Shown: in pieces, positions 14,660-27,462 of the stretch
How the letters are laid out: each line of letters starts with the position of its first letter
Numbering within the stretch: position 1 is the first letter of the stretch
Assembly: GCF_001194135.2 (NCBI RefSeq)
Contig: NC_068983.1
Coordinates: forward strand, 42,766,481-42,830,480
Direction of reading: 5' to 3'
Length of the DNA: 64,000 nt
Origin: Octopus bimaculoides
Lineage: Eukaryota
Notes under the pieces: generated by a model
Databases searched by the model: none
Told to the model about the DNA's origin: nothing
The model's input: the letters and a program-made list of their open reading frames with translations, nothing else
Translations under genes and position numbers: made by a program

Positions 14660-15521
14660 AATATATATATATAAATATATATATACATATACACACATGG
14701 ATATTATTTAGGTAGGGTGAAAATCCAAGGTGAGTCTTCTTGTATCTCATCTGTTTATTCCAGTATTACAATCCAGTATGTAGTTCTTATATTTATGTGT
14801 TGAAAATTCTGCAGAGTTATATCAAAACAAGAAGTGTCAAAATTTTCCGGTACTTTTTATTAACCATTACACACGTTTCAATTGTTAAAAAGAATTATGT
14901 GATTTTTCCAATTTCTTGTACTGAGATTATATATATATATATTTATATATATCATCATCGTTTAACGTCCGCTTTCCATGCTAGCATGGGTTGGACGATT
15001 TGACTGCACCAGGCTCCAATCTGATCTGGCAGAGTTTCTACAGCTGGATGTTCTTCCTAATGCCAACCATTCCAAGAATGTAGTGGATGCTTTTACGTGC
15101 TACCAGCACGAGGGCCAATCACACGGTACTGGCAACAAGCCATGCTCAAAATAGTGTATTTTATGTGCCACCTGCACGGGAGCTACACACACACACATGT
15201 ATGTGCAAACACACATACACAGAGTGGAACCTTAGTTTAGGAATTTAATTTAATCCTGAAGATTGTTTGCCACCCGAAATGTTAGTGTACCTTCTTGCTC
15301 AAATTTGCTGTGCCTTCTCATGAATTTCTTACAGGAAAAATAGTTTCAGCACACAACGTCAAAGACAGACAATAACTGATGCTCTCTCACCAATACTCCC
15401 AACTTGTCATCAATCATTGTTGCCAGCTTGCATGCTTGTCACCCAAGAGATTTAATGTTTGAAAAATTCTCCATAAATCAATTTGTTAATGACAAAAGGC
15501 ATTTATAAATCAAGGTTCCAC

Positions 15522-15590
<69 letters not shown>

Positions 15591-16090
15591 CTTTGCATAT
15601 ATGCATTGTGGCACTGCCTTGTTTTGTATTTAGCAACAGGTAAGCTCTGATCAAACAGAACCCTAATCCAAAGCATTCTAGCCAGGAACGTACTTTTTCT
15701 CGCTCTCAGACATTGTGTATCAAAGACCATATCATCTGCCGTTTTTCATTTTTCAGGATAGTAAGATGTGATTTGAAAGAGATTTGGCTTCAATTTCTAG
15801 CAAATTGAACAGCCACTTGATGGTTCCCTTGTTCACCTTAAATCTACAATTTTTCTGCATAGATTTACGTAAAACATTAATTTTTGAAATAATTTCCTCA
15901 GAAACTTGTCTTGCAAGAAACATTTAAATTTTATCTCATTCACAACTAAAGTGGAGATAACTGTGTATTATAAATAGGGACAAGGGAAACAACTCGGCCT
16001 TCTATTTATTACTATTAATATTTAGCAAATAAAATAGTGGCTAAGTTACATGTCGTAAAGCCCCTTGAAGCTAACCTAGTTACTTTGGTT

Positions 16091-16150
16091 GCGTCAGTTA
16101 CTTGATATTCTGGGTTTCGCCTGTGGATGCCCAGGGTCGTCAGGTAAATT
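16091..16150 (-). ncRNA. Degenerate hammerhead-ribozyme-like motif
   Basis: Minus strand reads CUGACGA-c-CCUG-ggcaucca-CAGG-c-GAAAC. Stems I and III are not clean. Confidence 0.45.
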
Positions 16151-16337
16151 AGTTACTATGTATATGCAGGCGAAACTAAGAGTAGGAGGAGACTGACTCA
16201 AACAAAATAGAAATACCAAATCTCTACTATGGTAACAAACGTTCTTCTGACGGTCAACACTCAAAGGATATATACACATACACACAGACACACACTAATT
16301 GTATATACAAGAGTAAATTATATATATATATATATAT

Positions 16338-17951
16338 AAAGTTAATTGCAGAATAAAACCGTTAGTTCATGAACTCAAAAAAAGCCGTAGCCCACCAATA
16401 ACCACATATAAGAAGTACAGCATAGACCACAAAACCAAATTAGCAAAGGGAAGTCAAAATTTTTATACATAAGAATAAAAATCGATTAAAAATACAATAG
16501 AATAATATAAATAAATAAACTGCGATTAAAAAGTTGATTAAAATATTAGAGACCGGTACAAATATAGTAGAATAAAAATATATATATATAGAAAAAATAT
16601 AGGGNNNNNNNNNNNNNNNNNNNNNNNNNNNNNNNNNNNNNNNNNNNNNNNNNNNNNNNNNNNNNNNNNNNNNNNNNNNNNNNNNNNNNNNNNNNNNNNN
16701 NNNNNNNNNNNNNNNNNNNNNNNNNNNNNNNNNNNNNNNNNNNNNNNNNNNNNNNNNNNNNNNNNNNNNNNNNNNNNNNNNNNNNNNNNNNNNNNNNNNN
16801 NNNNNNNNNNNNNNNNNNNNNNNNNNNNNNNNNNNNNNNNNNNNNNNNNNNNNNNNNNNNNNNNNNNNNNNNNNNNNNNNNNNNNNNNNNNNNNNNNNNN
16901 NNNNNNNNNNNNNNNNNNNNNNNNNNNNNNNNNNNNNNNNNNNNNNNNNNNNNNNNNNNNNNNNNNNNNNNNNNNNNNNNNNNNNNNNNNNNNNNNNNNN
17001 NNNNNNNNNNNNNNNNNNNNNNNNNNNNNNNNNNNNNNNNNNNNNNNNNNNNNNNNNNNNNNNNNNNNNNNNNNNNNNNNNNNNNNNNNNNNNNNNNNNN
17101 NNNNNNNNNNNNNNNNNNNNNNNNNNNNNNNNNNNNNNNNNNNNNNNNNNNNNNNNNNNNNNNNNNNNNNNNNNNNNNNNNNNNNNNNNNNNNNNNNNNN
17201 NNNNNNNNNNNNNNNNNNNNNNNNNNNNNNNNNNNNNNNNNNNNNNNNNNNNNNNNNNNNNNNNNNNNNNNNNNNNNNNNNNNNNNNNNNNNNNNNNNNN
17301 NNNNNNNNNNNNNNNNNNNNNNNNNNNNNNNTAATGCATAATAAGCACTTGCTAATATTAGCCTTAAATTGGGGGGTTCTAGATAAGATTGACCATTCAA
17401 GAGAGTACTTCTTATTCTTCCTCTTGAGGTCATGCAGGTAAGAGGCGAGTGTTGTGGAATTATAATATTTCTCATTAGAAAAGGAACTCTTGTGCAGCCT
17501 ATACCTGGCTTTAAAATTCACTGAACTTCCAATATAAAACTTATTTTGTTTGTCCTCGTCTCTAACTACACATTTATACACTACGTTTGTGGACAAACAA
17601 AGTCCGCCGAGAGGACATAAAGAAGGGTCCCTACAATTACATAATTTTTTACGGCCACTCTTAAAGTCATTTCCAATATCATTAACCGCCCTCAGAAATT
17701 TATTCTTATCAACCATTCCACTTATCTCATTCCCAGATTTAGGCATAATCCGAGGGAATGAAGAGCCCGTTCCACTATCATCGTGTGGTTTACAGTTGGT
17801 TTTATTAGAAAAAGGGTTTCCCTGAGACAGACATTCGCATAGCTTTAACTTATTTATTTTATTCCTATTTAAAGAGGCAATATATGTGGTTATTGGTGGG
17901 CTACGGCTTTTTCAGTCGATGACCTAACGGTTTTATTCTGCAATTAACTTT
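16338..17951 (-). mobile_element. Penelope-like element fragment: GIY-YIG ORF between 71-73 bp inverted repeats
   Basis: IR arms at 16338-16410 and 17881-17951. The first 28 nt and last 27 nt are identical. The left arm abuts a (TA)n run. No TSD seen. Confidence 0.75.
17332..17746 (-). CDS. GIY-YIG endonuclease of PLE type with CxC-x5-C-x5-C motif (3'-partial, enters gap)
   Basis: MPKSG...CNCRDPSLCPLGGLCLSTNVVYKC...KFYIGSSVNFKARYRLHKSSF...STTLASYLHDLK...EWSIL...KCLLC shows the VVY and YIG half-motifs, the conserved Arg and His, and a C-terminal CxxC. The frame has no stops from 17911 to the gap. Confidence 0.9.
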
Positions 17952-18038
17952 GTACCTATGTCTCAACTAGTTTGAGCACTTCTTTTACAGCCTTGTATAA
18001 ATTCTTGGTTTTCTAATACAAAACTGTTAATATTGAAT

Positions 18039-18076
<38 letters not shown>

Positions 18077-18900
18077 TGATTTTATATACCTGAGCAGGTG
18101 TCTTCCCAACAAGATACTATCAGCTGCTCGTATGTGCATTAAATGATTTATCTCTCACTAGTTGAAGTACTCTTTTTGTTGAGCTTATCTTAATGGAACA
18201 GTAAATTATATCATCATCATCACACACAGAGTATTTAGGATTCATAATATAGATCACGATAAAATCAAAAAGTGATCTGAGTTTCATGTGACTGAGATAG
18301 GAAAAGTCTTGTATTTGTTGAGCTCTAGATCATTGCTTATCAAGGCAGCCTATGATTAAAGACATCCATGCAATGACAACCCAGACTTTTGGCAGGCATC
18401 GTTTATATAGGATTACATTAGACTATGTCCTTTTTTAACATGGTAGGATGTCATATAAGTTACAGGTGCTATTTGTTGTAGGCTGAGCGATCACTTAGAA
18501 CAGGAAAGGTACAAGGTCAAAGAACATGTCTTGGCAAATTTCATCTGACCAATGCCAAAATGGAAAAGTGGTAATTATAACGTGTGTGTGTGCAAATATA
18601 CACACACACACATACACATCATCCACCCATGTCTCCGTAAGTGCTGGATGGCAATGTGGATACAGGTTTCTCTTTGTAACTCCAAAAGCACAGTCTCAAG
18701 TTCTATCTCACAGTATGGAACAAACTAATACTTTGTGAGTGGAATTGTTAGATGGAAACAATAACAGGAATCCATCATGGACAGATATGCTTTTCTCAGA
18801 GGAAAGAAAACAAACAGCATCACTTGCAGGAGCCATGATTCTTTACAGCCATCATCTGACGTCAAGGCAAGGGTACACACTAACACACACACACATGTAA

Positions 18901-18932
<32 letters not shown>

Positions 18933-19199
18933 NNNNNNNNNNNNNNNNNNNNNNNNNNNNNNNNNNNNNNNNNNNNNNNNNNNNNNNNNNNNNNNNNNNN
19001 NNNNNNNNNNNNNNNNNNNNNNNNNNNNNNNNNNNNNNNNNNNNNNNNNNNNNNNNNNNNNNNNNNNNNNNNNNNNNNNNNNNNNNNNNNNNNNNNNNNN
19101 NNNNNNNNNNNNNNNNNNNNNNNNNNNNNNNNNNNNNNNNNNNNNNNNNNNNNNNNNNNNNNNNNNNNNNNNNNNNNNNNNNNNNNNNNNNNNNNNNNN

Positions 19200-19232
<33 letters not shown>

Positions 19233-19234
<2 letters not shown>

Positions 19235-19454
19235 TATTGAACCTTGGAAAGGTTATTACGACAGTAATAATAAACACACACACTGGTTCAGTCCTTTATT
19301 GTTTTTATTCAGTATTTTTCGTGCTAATTCTTTTCCTTTTTTTTATTTTGTCAAATACAAAAAAAAAAACACGAACAATACTAATTCATAAAGGACCAAA
19401 CCAGTGCGTGTGTTTATTATTACCGGTATAATGCCCCTCCCAAGATTCAATAGT
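19233..19454. mobile_element. Foldback (palindromic) element with asymmetric tail
   Basis: actattgaaccttgg...ctggttcagtcctttat pairs with ataaaggaccaaaccag...ccaagattcaatagt. It is followed by ttcaacacacaaattcaca, which also follows the 36657-36883 palindrome. Confidence 0.75.
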
Positions 19455-21373
19455 ATTTCTTTCAACACACAAATTCACATCAAGAACCTTGCAAACCAAA
19501 TACAAATACGAATTATATATACAAAATTCGTCTGCCACACGACTGAATTTACTTCTTTTACACAATGAAAGCGACAGAGATTGTGTGGTTTTCAATCATT
19601 TCCACCAAAGAGGAATAATGATATCAGTAAAATAAAATGTGAGTGCCAATAATATCTGGTTCTGGTCTTGAGTTGGTTGTGACCGAAGTTTTCGACCATG
19701 GTTGTTTCAGCAGTTAAAGGGAAGTAACTCAAACAGTCTAACCAATTCAGAGCCTTGTGATTAGGTTTGGTGGGTGCAAACTGAAAGAAGCGTGTCATAT
19801 ATGCGCATGCGCTTGTTTTGCTTCTTTGTTTTGACATCTGAAGTAATTTTTGTAAATGTATGTCATCCATTTCCGATATTCTGCAAAAACACGTCCAACT
19901 CTGGGGAAAATATTACTTTTCTTGGAAACAGATGAAGTTTGTCGACAGGAAGAGCTTCCAGTCATAGAAAAATATGCAAAATTGCAGTCTTGGCAGATAC
20001 CAGTGTCACGCAAATAGCACCGGTGCTGGTTTCACGTAAAAGCACCCTTTACACTCTTGGAGTGGTTGGCATTAAGAAGGGCATTTCAGCCACAGAAAAC
20101 CATGTCAAATCAGACAGCAGTTGGGTGTGGCCTCCCAGCTTGCCAGCCTTGATCAAACTGTCCAACCCATGCCAGCATGGACAATGGAAGTCAAATGATG
20201 ATGAATAAAGATGGAAGGAATTTTACTTTTTATAATTTGATATTTTCCTAAATTCTATGTAAGCACGTCACTTAGTGGTTAGGGTATTTGGCAAAAAATT
20301 GCAAGGTCACGAGTTCGATTCCTGGTGTCTCGTGTAAGACACTTTATTTCATGTTGCTCCAGTTCACTCAGCTGGCAAAAATGTGTTGTACCAGTATTTC
20401 AAAGGGGCTCCTCTTGTCACATTCTCTTGTCATGCTGAATCTCCCTGAGAACTACGTCAAGAGTACATGTGTCTGTGGAGTGCTTGCACTTTAATTTCAT
20501 GAGCGGGCTGTTCCACTGAGCATATCAACTAGAACCCTCATCTTTGTAACCAAGAGTCATCATCATCATCAAAGTGACAGTTATAAATTATAGGAAGGAT
20601 TCTGCAGAGTGAGTTTATTGAAACTTAAGATCAACATGAACGCTATTAGAATAATGTAGACACACATCTCCCTGATCTAGATGACTAAATGATACATTTG
20701 AACCAAGAAATTCAAAGATGCTATGCTTGAATTAAAAGAAATTCAGTCCTTGAATTTGTGGCGGAAATGTTAATCCTTGTAGGAACTCAGAACAGACATG
20801 CTAACCTTTCATTTGACACGGGACCACCTCCTCCAATTCTCCCTCCCCTCACAAAGGATCTTTGTCTTGCAAGTTACCTGGTGACCCTGCCAGTGCAGGT
20901 GCCACTTAAAAAGCATCCAGTCCATACTGTAAAGTGGTAGGCATTTAGAAGGGCCTCCAGCTGTAAAAACCTTCCTAAAACTGACCTCACCTGTGCTTGT
21001 GCCATGTAAAAAGCACTGTCCACTCTACTGGGTCGCTGGTGTTAGGAAGGGCATCTAGCTATAAAAAACCCTGCCAAAACAAAGTCTGATGCAGGATCGT
21101 GCCTGACCAGCTTCTGTTAAACCATCCAACCCATGCCAACATGGAAGGACGTTAAACAATGATGATAATGAATAACAGTTTTAAATTTTAGCACAAGGCC
21201 AGCAAGGTCGAGGGATGGAGTAAGTCAATTACATCAACCCTGAAACCGATTTTATCGACCCTGAAAGGATGAAAGGCAAAGTCAATCTTGGCAGAATTTG
21301 AACTCGAAATGTGAAGAAATACGCATTGCTGCTAAGCATTTTACTTGGTGATTTTTGTCAGCTTGTTACCTTC

Positions 21374-21406
<33 letters not shown>

Positions 21407-21749
21407 CCACCATTGAAGTATGAAACTGCTATTTGTGACATACATTCTTCATCTAACTAAAACAAATGATAAGGATGATGTCATAATAATTAACAAAAAA
21501 AAAACATTGACACAGAAAGAAAGACATTAGTGAAATCTGAAAATAGCCAGAATAAAGTCTGTAACAGAAACCAGATGGCCTGAGTTGATGGTGCCAATTG
21601 TGGTAATAATGGTAAATCCAGGAGAGTCGGCCGAGTATCTCATCTGATTAAATTTCTGTATATATATCAAGTATCTTCTACTATCTAGCCTTGGACAGAT
21701 CAAAGTATTGTGAGTGGATTTGGTAGACAGAAACTGAAAGAAACCTGTC

Positions 21750-21796
<47 letters not shown>

Positions 21797-21798
<2 letters not shown>

Positions 21799-21978
21799 CG
21801 TGTGTGTGTATATTGAGGCTGTGTGACAAGAAGCTTGCAACCCAATTACATGGACCTGGGTTCAGTCCCACTGCGTCGCATCTTGGGCAAGTGTCTTCTA
21901 CTATAGCCTTGGGCCCAGTCTGGCCCAGTCTTGTGAATGGATGTAGACAGAAACTGAAAGAAACCTGTTGTGTGTGTG

Positions 21979-22013
<35 letters not shown>

Positions 22014-22171
22014 TGAGGCTGTGTGGTAAGAGGTTTGCAACCCATCCACATAGATCTGGGTTCATTCCCACTGTTGCACCTTGGGCAAGTTTTCTTCTGC
22101 TATAGCCTTGGGTTTAGCAAAGCCTTGTGAGTGGATATGGTAGAAGGAAACTGAAAGAAACCCATCACATA
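21797..22171 (+). repeat. Tandemly duplicated SINE family A heads
   Basis: Two consecutive units of about 210 bp, both starting tatattgaggctgtgtg and separated by a (TG)(TA) microsatellite. Confidence 0.75.
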
Positions 22172-23477
22172 NNNNNNNNNNNNNNNNNNNNNNNNNNNNN
22201 NNNNNNNNNNNNNNNNNNNNNNNNNNNNNNNNNNNNNNNNNNNNNNNNNNNNNNNNNNNNNNNNNNNNNNNNNNNNNNNNNNNNNNNNNNNNNNNNNNNN
22301 NNNNNNNNNNNNNNNNNNNNNNNNNNNNNNNNNNNNNNNNNNNNNNNNNNNNNNNNNNNNNNNNNNNNNNNNNNNNNNNNNNNNNNNNNNNNNNNNNNNN
22401 NNNNNNNNNNNNNNNNNNNNNNNNNNNNNNNNNNNNNNNNNNNNNNNNNNNNNNNNNNNNNNNNNNNNNNNNNNNNNNNNNNNATATATATATATATATA
22501 AATGCCAAAACGAATTTGTGTCAGCGTGTCAGACTTTGCCCCCACTCCTGCTGGGGTGAGAGTAATAATACGCATATAGACTGCGAGGGTGATAGTAATA
22601 GTATGAGCTGTAGTTATGATAGAGGGGGAGGCAATGGTGATGATGGCAGTGACAGTGTTAGCAAAGGCGTGGGGTCAACTCGTTCAACGGAAAATTCTAC
22701 AAGACAGTGCCCCAGCATGGTCACAGTTTAAAGACTGAAACAAATAAGAGAGCAGATGATGATCACCTTTCAACATCCATCTTCCATGCTGATACGGATT
22801 GGATGGCTGAAGGGGATTTGATGGGTCCAAAGACTGCATCCTATTCCAATATCTTGCTTTAGCATGGTCTCTATGGCTGCAGGTCATTCCTAACAGCACC
22901 TGCATTACATCATGTACTGGATACTCTTTCATGGCACCAACACTAGTGAGGTGACCATGTCACTTGCAAGACTAAGATCTCCTACATTTGAGTGGAGATA
23001 TAGCAGAGGAAGGCAGTTTTTATGCTAGGAGATCATCCTCATGTTTTAAATCCAAGTTTTGTCCCTGTTAATGGAGGTGGTCAGATCTACCTCAATGCCA
23101 TAGCAACTGCCCTCACACTATCTCGCCCGGCTTTAGGTTTTCAAACCAACCCTCCCAATCCCCTCCTCCACCTGTCCCCCTCCACCTTTTCCTCAGTCTA
23201 CCTCGACATTAAATTATGAAAGAAGGGGCCAGAGCAGAATAGGTTTCTTATTGTAGAGGAGATACAATGGCTACTCCTAGAAGACTGGGTGGCAGTAACC
23301 TGGATGAACTTCGAAAGGGAGATAAAATAATGGTGATGGAAATCTCAGGGTGGACTCTCATACATAATACCATTGTATTAACCTCCTCATCACCCTTCAA
23401 TGTATAAAAGACAATGCCAAATAGAGATTGGAAGGAAACTCAGTTATAGTTTGACAATTTCTTAACTTATGATTTAA

Positions 23478-23681
23478 CCCTTCAGCATTTAAACAGGTCA
23501 TATCCAACCCATATATTCAAACTAGACACATCTGGCCTCTCACACCTATCCTACAGTGTCATTATAAAAATATACAATAACATCGTTAAAATCTGAAGGT
23601 TACAAGTTAATGCAGGATAAATTCAAAACAATGGGAATAAATAAGTATTACAATTGACAAAGAAATCTGAATGCTAAAGAG
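23478..23681. mobile_element. piggyBac-like MITE
   Basis: TTAA at 23474-23477 and 23682-23685. TIR cccttcagcatt / aatgctaaagag. Partial relatives near 5830-5940 and 26816-26960. Confidence 0.75.
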
Positions 23682-24909
23682 TTAAAGAAGTTGTAAGCAT
23701 GATGGTATGGGTAAGAAGTTTTCTTTGCAACTACGAGGCTCTGAGTTCAGTCCCATTGCATAGTACCTTGGGTAATTGTCATTTAATCTATCTCTGGGTT
23801 CACCAATGCATTGTCAGTGAATATGGTAAAGAAACTGTATGGAAGCAGGTCGTGTAAGTATTTCCTCCAATCAACTCTTTTTTTTTTTTCTTTGATTGGG
23901 TTCCGGGAGGCAATCATAATGCAGTGTAAATGTGTAGATATTTATTATGGCAAAAAAGAGAGAGAGAGAAAGAAAGATTAGGATTTCTTCTTTCTATAAC
24001 TGGCATTTGGTTGGTCCTTCCATTTTAATAATGAGCAAGGCAGAGAAAAACTGTTTCATAATTAGCTACTTCATCGCAATAATAATGACAACTGTAAACA
24101 GAAACATTCCTAGTGTTTGTTCAACATCATTAGTTGTAAGATGACAGAATTGTGTGACACTGGTCATCACATGTTCTGTATTGAAAATGGTGAACCAGAA
24201 GAATACAATAAACTAAGCATACATTTCTTTTGCTTTAGTAAATAAACATGCATGCCATTGGATAACGGATGTAACGAGCAACCAAGAGAAAAGAGAAAGA
24301 ATGGAGAAAAAAAACGAAATTTCCATAAAGATGTGGATTTGGAAAGGAACTGACATCAAAATCTACAGTGTGGAAAACAAACAGATTGATTCAACATTCT
24401 CGCTCTCTCTCGTTATATTTCTATGTGAGAGAAAAAGTCTGAGAACATTCTTTGTTGCTTCAAAGGAAAAATTATATCTTGACTAGCAGGATTCAGTGAA
24501 TATTTCACAGAATTAATGGTAAACCTATTGAGTTATTTCTGAAAACTTTATCCAAAAAACCTGAAAGCATAGCTTGTGTTCTGTCTATGGAAAGACAGTC
24601 GCTCATCTGCTATTCATTGAAAAGTGAAAGAAACTGGAATATGATGATTACTTAATGCACTTTATATATACACTTTATATACTTTACACACAATTTCATA
24701 GACTTAATACACGGCACTCATAAATATTCACTCTTATTTTTCCATTTTTCCCATAAAGAAAAAAAAAACTCATACATGATACAACCTTTAGTTAAATTGT
24801 ATATATCTGCCATGTAAATAAGCATGAATATTTCACGGAATTGCACTTATGCACATGCATTAAGTGATAGGTGATATGAAAAACTTAGTTCAATTAAAAA
24901 AAATATACA

Positions 24910-25293
24910 CAGGAATGGCTGTGTGGTAAGTAGCTTGCTTACCAACCACATGGTTCTGGGTTCAGTCCCACTGCATGGCACCTTGGGCAAGTGTCTTCTA
25001 CTATAGCCTCGGGCCGACCAAAGCCTTGTGAGTGGATTTGGTAGATGGAAACTGAAAGAAGCCCGTCGTATATATGTATATATATATATATGTATGTGTG
25101 TCTGTGTTTGTTCCCCCACCATCGCTTGACAACCGATGCTGGTGTGTTTACGTCCCCGTAACTTAGCGGTTCAGCAAAAAAGACCGATAGAATAAGTACT
25201 AGGCTAACAAAGAATAAGTCCTGGGGTCGATTTGTTCAACTAAATGCGGTGCTCCAGCATGGCCACAGTCAAATGACTGAAACAAGTAAAAGA
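24910..25293 (+). mobile_element. tRNA-derived SINE family A, full length
   Basis: Head gagtggctgtgtggtaag..ggttcagtccc (A/B-box-like), internal (TA/TG)n, tail gactgaaacaagtaaaag. Near-identical copies at 28811-29210 and 48061-48455, plus many older copies on both strands. Confidence 0.85.
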
Positions 25294-26282
25294 GTTTTCA
25301 CTATCCAGTCACCACCACCACCATCATCATCTTTCCCCCTCCCCCTCACTCTGCCTTTCTTTAACCTCACCCCCTCTGCTAAAAGTATTAAGTTCCCCCT
25401 ACCTTACATCATGGATGCTTCTCTCCCTCTTTCTTTCTCACGCTTTTCTCTCTTTCCCTTTCTTTTTTCTGTATCACTCTTCACTTTATCTTTCTTTTTT
25501 TCCTTTTTCCTTTCAACTAATCATGTGAAAGCATTACAATTACATTCCCTCTACTTCACGTCATGGACGCTTCTCTCTCCCTCTTTTCCACTCTCCCTCT
25601 GTTTCTCTAATCACATGAAAGCATTACCGACAGGCTAAGTAGTGCAATGACAAGCAGGATTATTATAAGATTCTCGTAATCAATCTTTCTCCCACCATAA
25701 GATGGTGAGCAGGAAAAAGGCCAAGTAGCATTTCTTCCAACTTTATGTTTTGTATTCAATTCCCACTGGGGTCAACCCGCCTTTCATCCCTTTCAGGGTT
25801 CAATGAAATAAGTACCAGTGGAACACTATGGGTCAGTGTACTTGATTTATCCCCTTCCTCGAAAATGCTGGCTTTGTGCCAAAATTTGAAACCACTATCT
25901 CTCTCCCACCTGTGTTTTCTGATTTAAAATCTGCTGTTTCTTGTAAATCATCTTAAATTCAGGCTTACAGTGAAGAAATCCAGATAAGATCGAAATACAT
26001 CCATGCAATTGGAATTATATTGTTCTTTCTTCATTATTATTAGATAATTAGATTAAATGCAATTCAACAGCTGAATATTAATTACTACCTCAGGCGTTGC
26101 TGTGTGGTAAGCAGTTAGCTTTCCAACCACATGGTTCTCGGTTCAGCCCCACTGTTTGGCCCCTTAGGCAAATGTCCCTAGGCCAATCAGAGCATTGGAA
26201 GAGGATTTAGTAGATGGAAACTGAAAGACACCCTTTGTGTGGGGGTTTGTCTCCTTGGCTTATCATCGCATAAGTTTTAAAT

Positions 26283-26588
26283 CAGTGGTTCCCAAACTTT
26301 TTCAAGCTGCCGCATCTTTAGCACCCAGGCCACATTCCTAGCGCCCCCTTACCCTCCCCACCACAATATAGACCACCTCCTGCAGCAAATTCAAAACAAC
26401 CGTATCTTACAAATAAAACAAACCTAATTAACCTATCAATACTTTTTTTTTACATCTATCACCCCATTATCATCCCCCCCCCNNNNNNNNNNNNNNNNNN
26501 NNNNNNNNNNNNNNNNNNNNNNNNNNNNCCCCCCCCCCACCCCCACACACACACAAGGTAGCAGTACTGCTCACTTTGGGAATCACAG
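26283..26588. mobile_element. hAT MITE
   Basis: TIR cagtggttcccaaa / tttgggaatcacag with a perfect 8-bp TSD ttttaaat (26275-26282 and 26589-26596). Confidence 0.85.
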
Positions 26589-26969
26589 TTTTAAATAAAT
26601 GCCGCTGCCATCTAAGCAATGTCATTTCATTTCCAATAGTCGACCTAAAAATCCAGCCATGGATAAATACTACCTTCCTTGAAAATAGGAAGGCCATCCA
26701 GCCCTCAAACTTCATCTGACTCGTGTAAGCATGGAAAAGTAGACATTTAAATGATGAGGGTTTCTTTCAAGTAAATATGAAATGATTTCACTTCCACCTC
26801 ATCATCAGTATTTAACCCATTAGCATTTGAACTGGCCATATCTAGTCAAAATGTCTGTTTTGTTTCATGCCTATCACACCTAACCTACAATGTCGTTCTA
26901 AAAATAAACAATCACATCATTGAAATATTAAAGCTGCAAGATAATTCATCATGATTAATTCAATGCAAT

Positions 26970-27146
26970 TCTTTTATTCTTTTGTTTCAGTCATTTGACC
27001 GTGTCCATGCTGGAGCACGGCCTTTAAGACATTCTTTATAAGCCTAATAATTATTCTATCGGTCTTTTTTGCCGAACCGCTAAGTTACTGGGATGTAAAC
27101 ACACCAGCATTGGTTGTCAAGCAATGGTGGGGAGGGTGGGACAGAC

Positions 27147-27190
<44 letters not shown>

Positions 27191-27330
27191 GATGGGCTTC
27201 TTTCAGTTTCCATCTACCAAATCCACTCACAAGGCTTTGATCAGCCCGAGGCTATAGTAGAAGACACTTGCCCAAGGCGCCACGCAGTGGGACTGAACCT
27301 GGAACTATGTGGTTGGTAAGCAGGCTACTT
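26970..27330 (-). mobile_element. SINE family A copy
   Basis: Reverse complement of the family A tail, microsatellite and head. Boundaries approximate. Confidence 0.8.
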
Positions 27331-27462
27331 TATTTCATTATATTGGCTTGGACAAAGAGAGGAGATGAATGATGAACACGATGATATTGATGGGAGAAGG
27401 CAGAAGTTGCCTTCTGTGTGGTAAGCAAGCTACTTACCACACAGCCACTCCTATATACTTTA

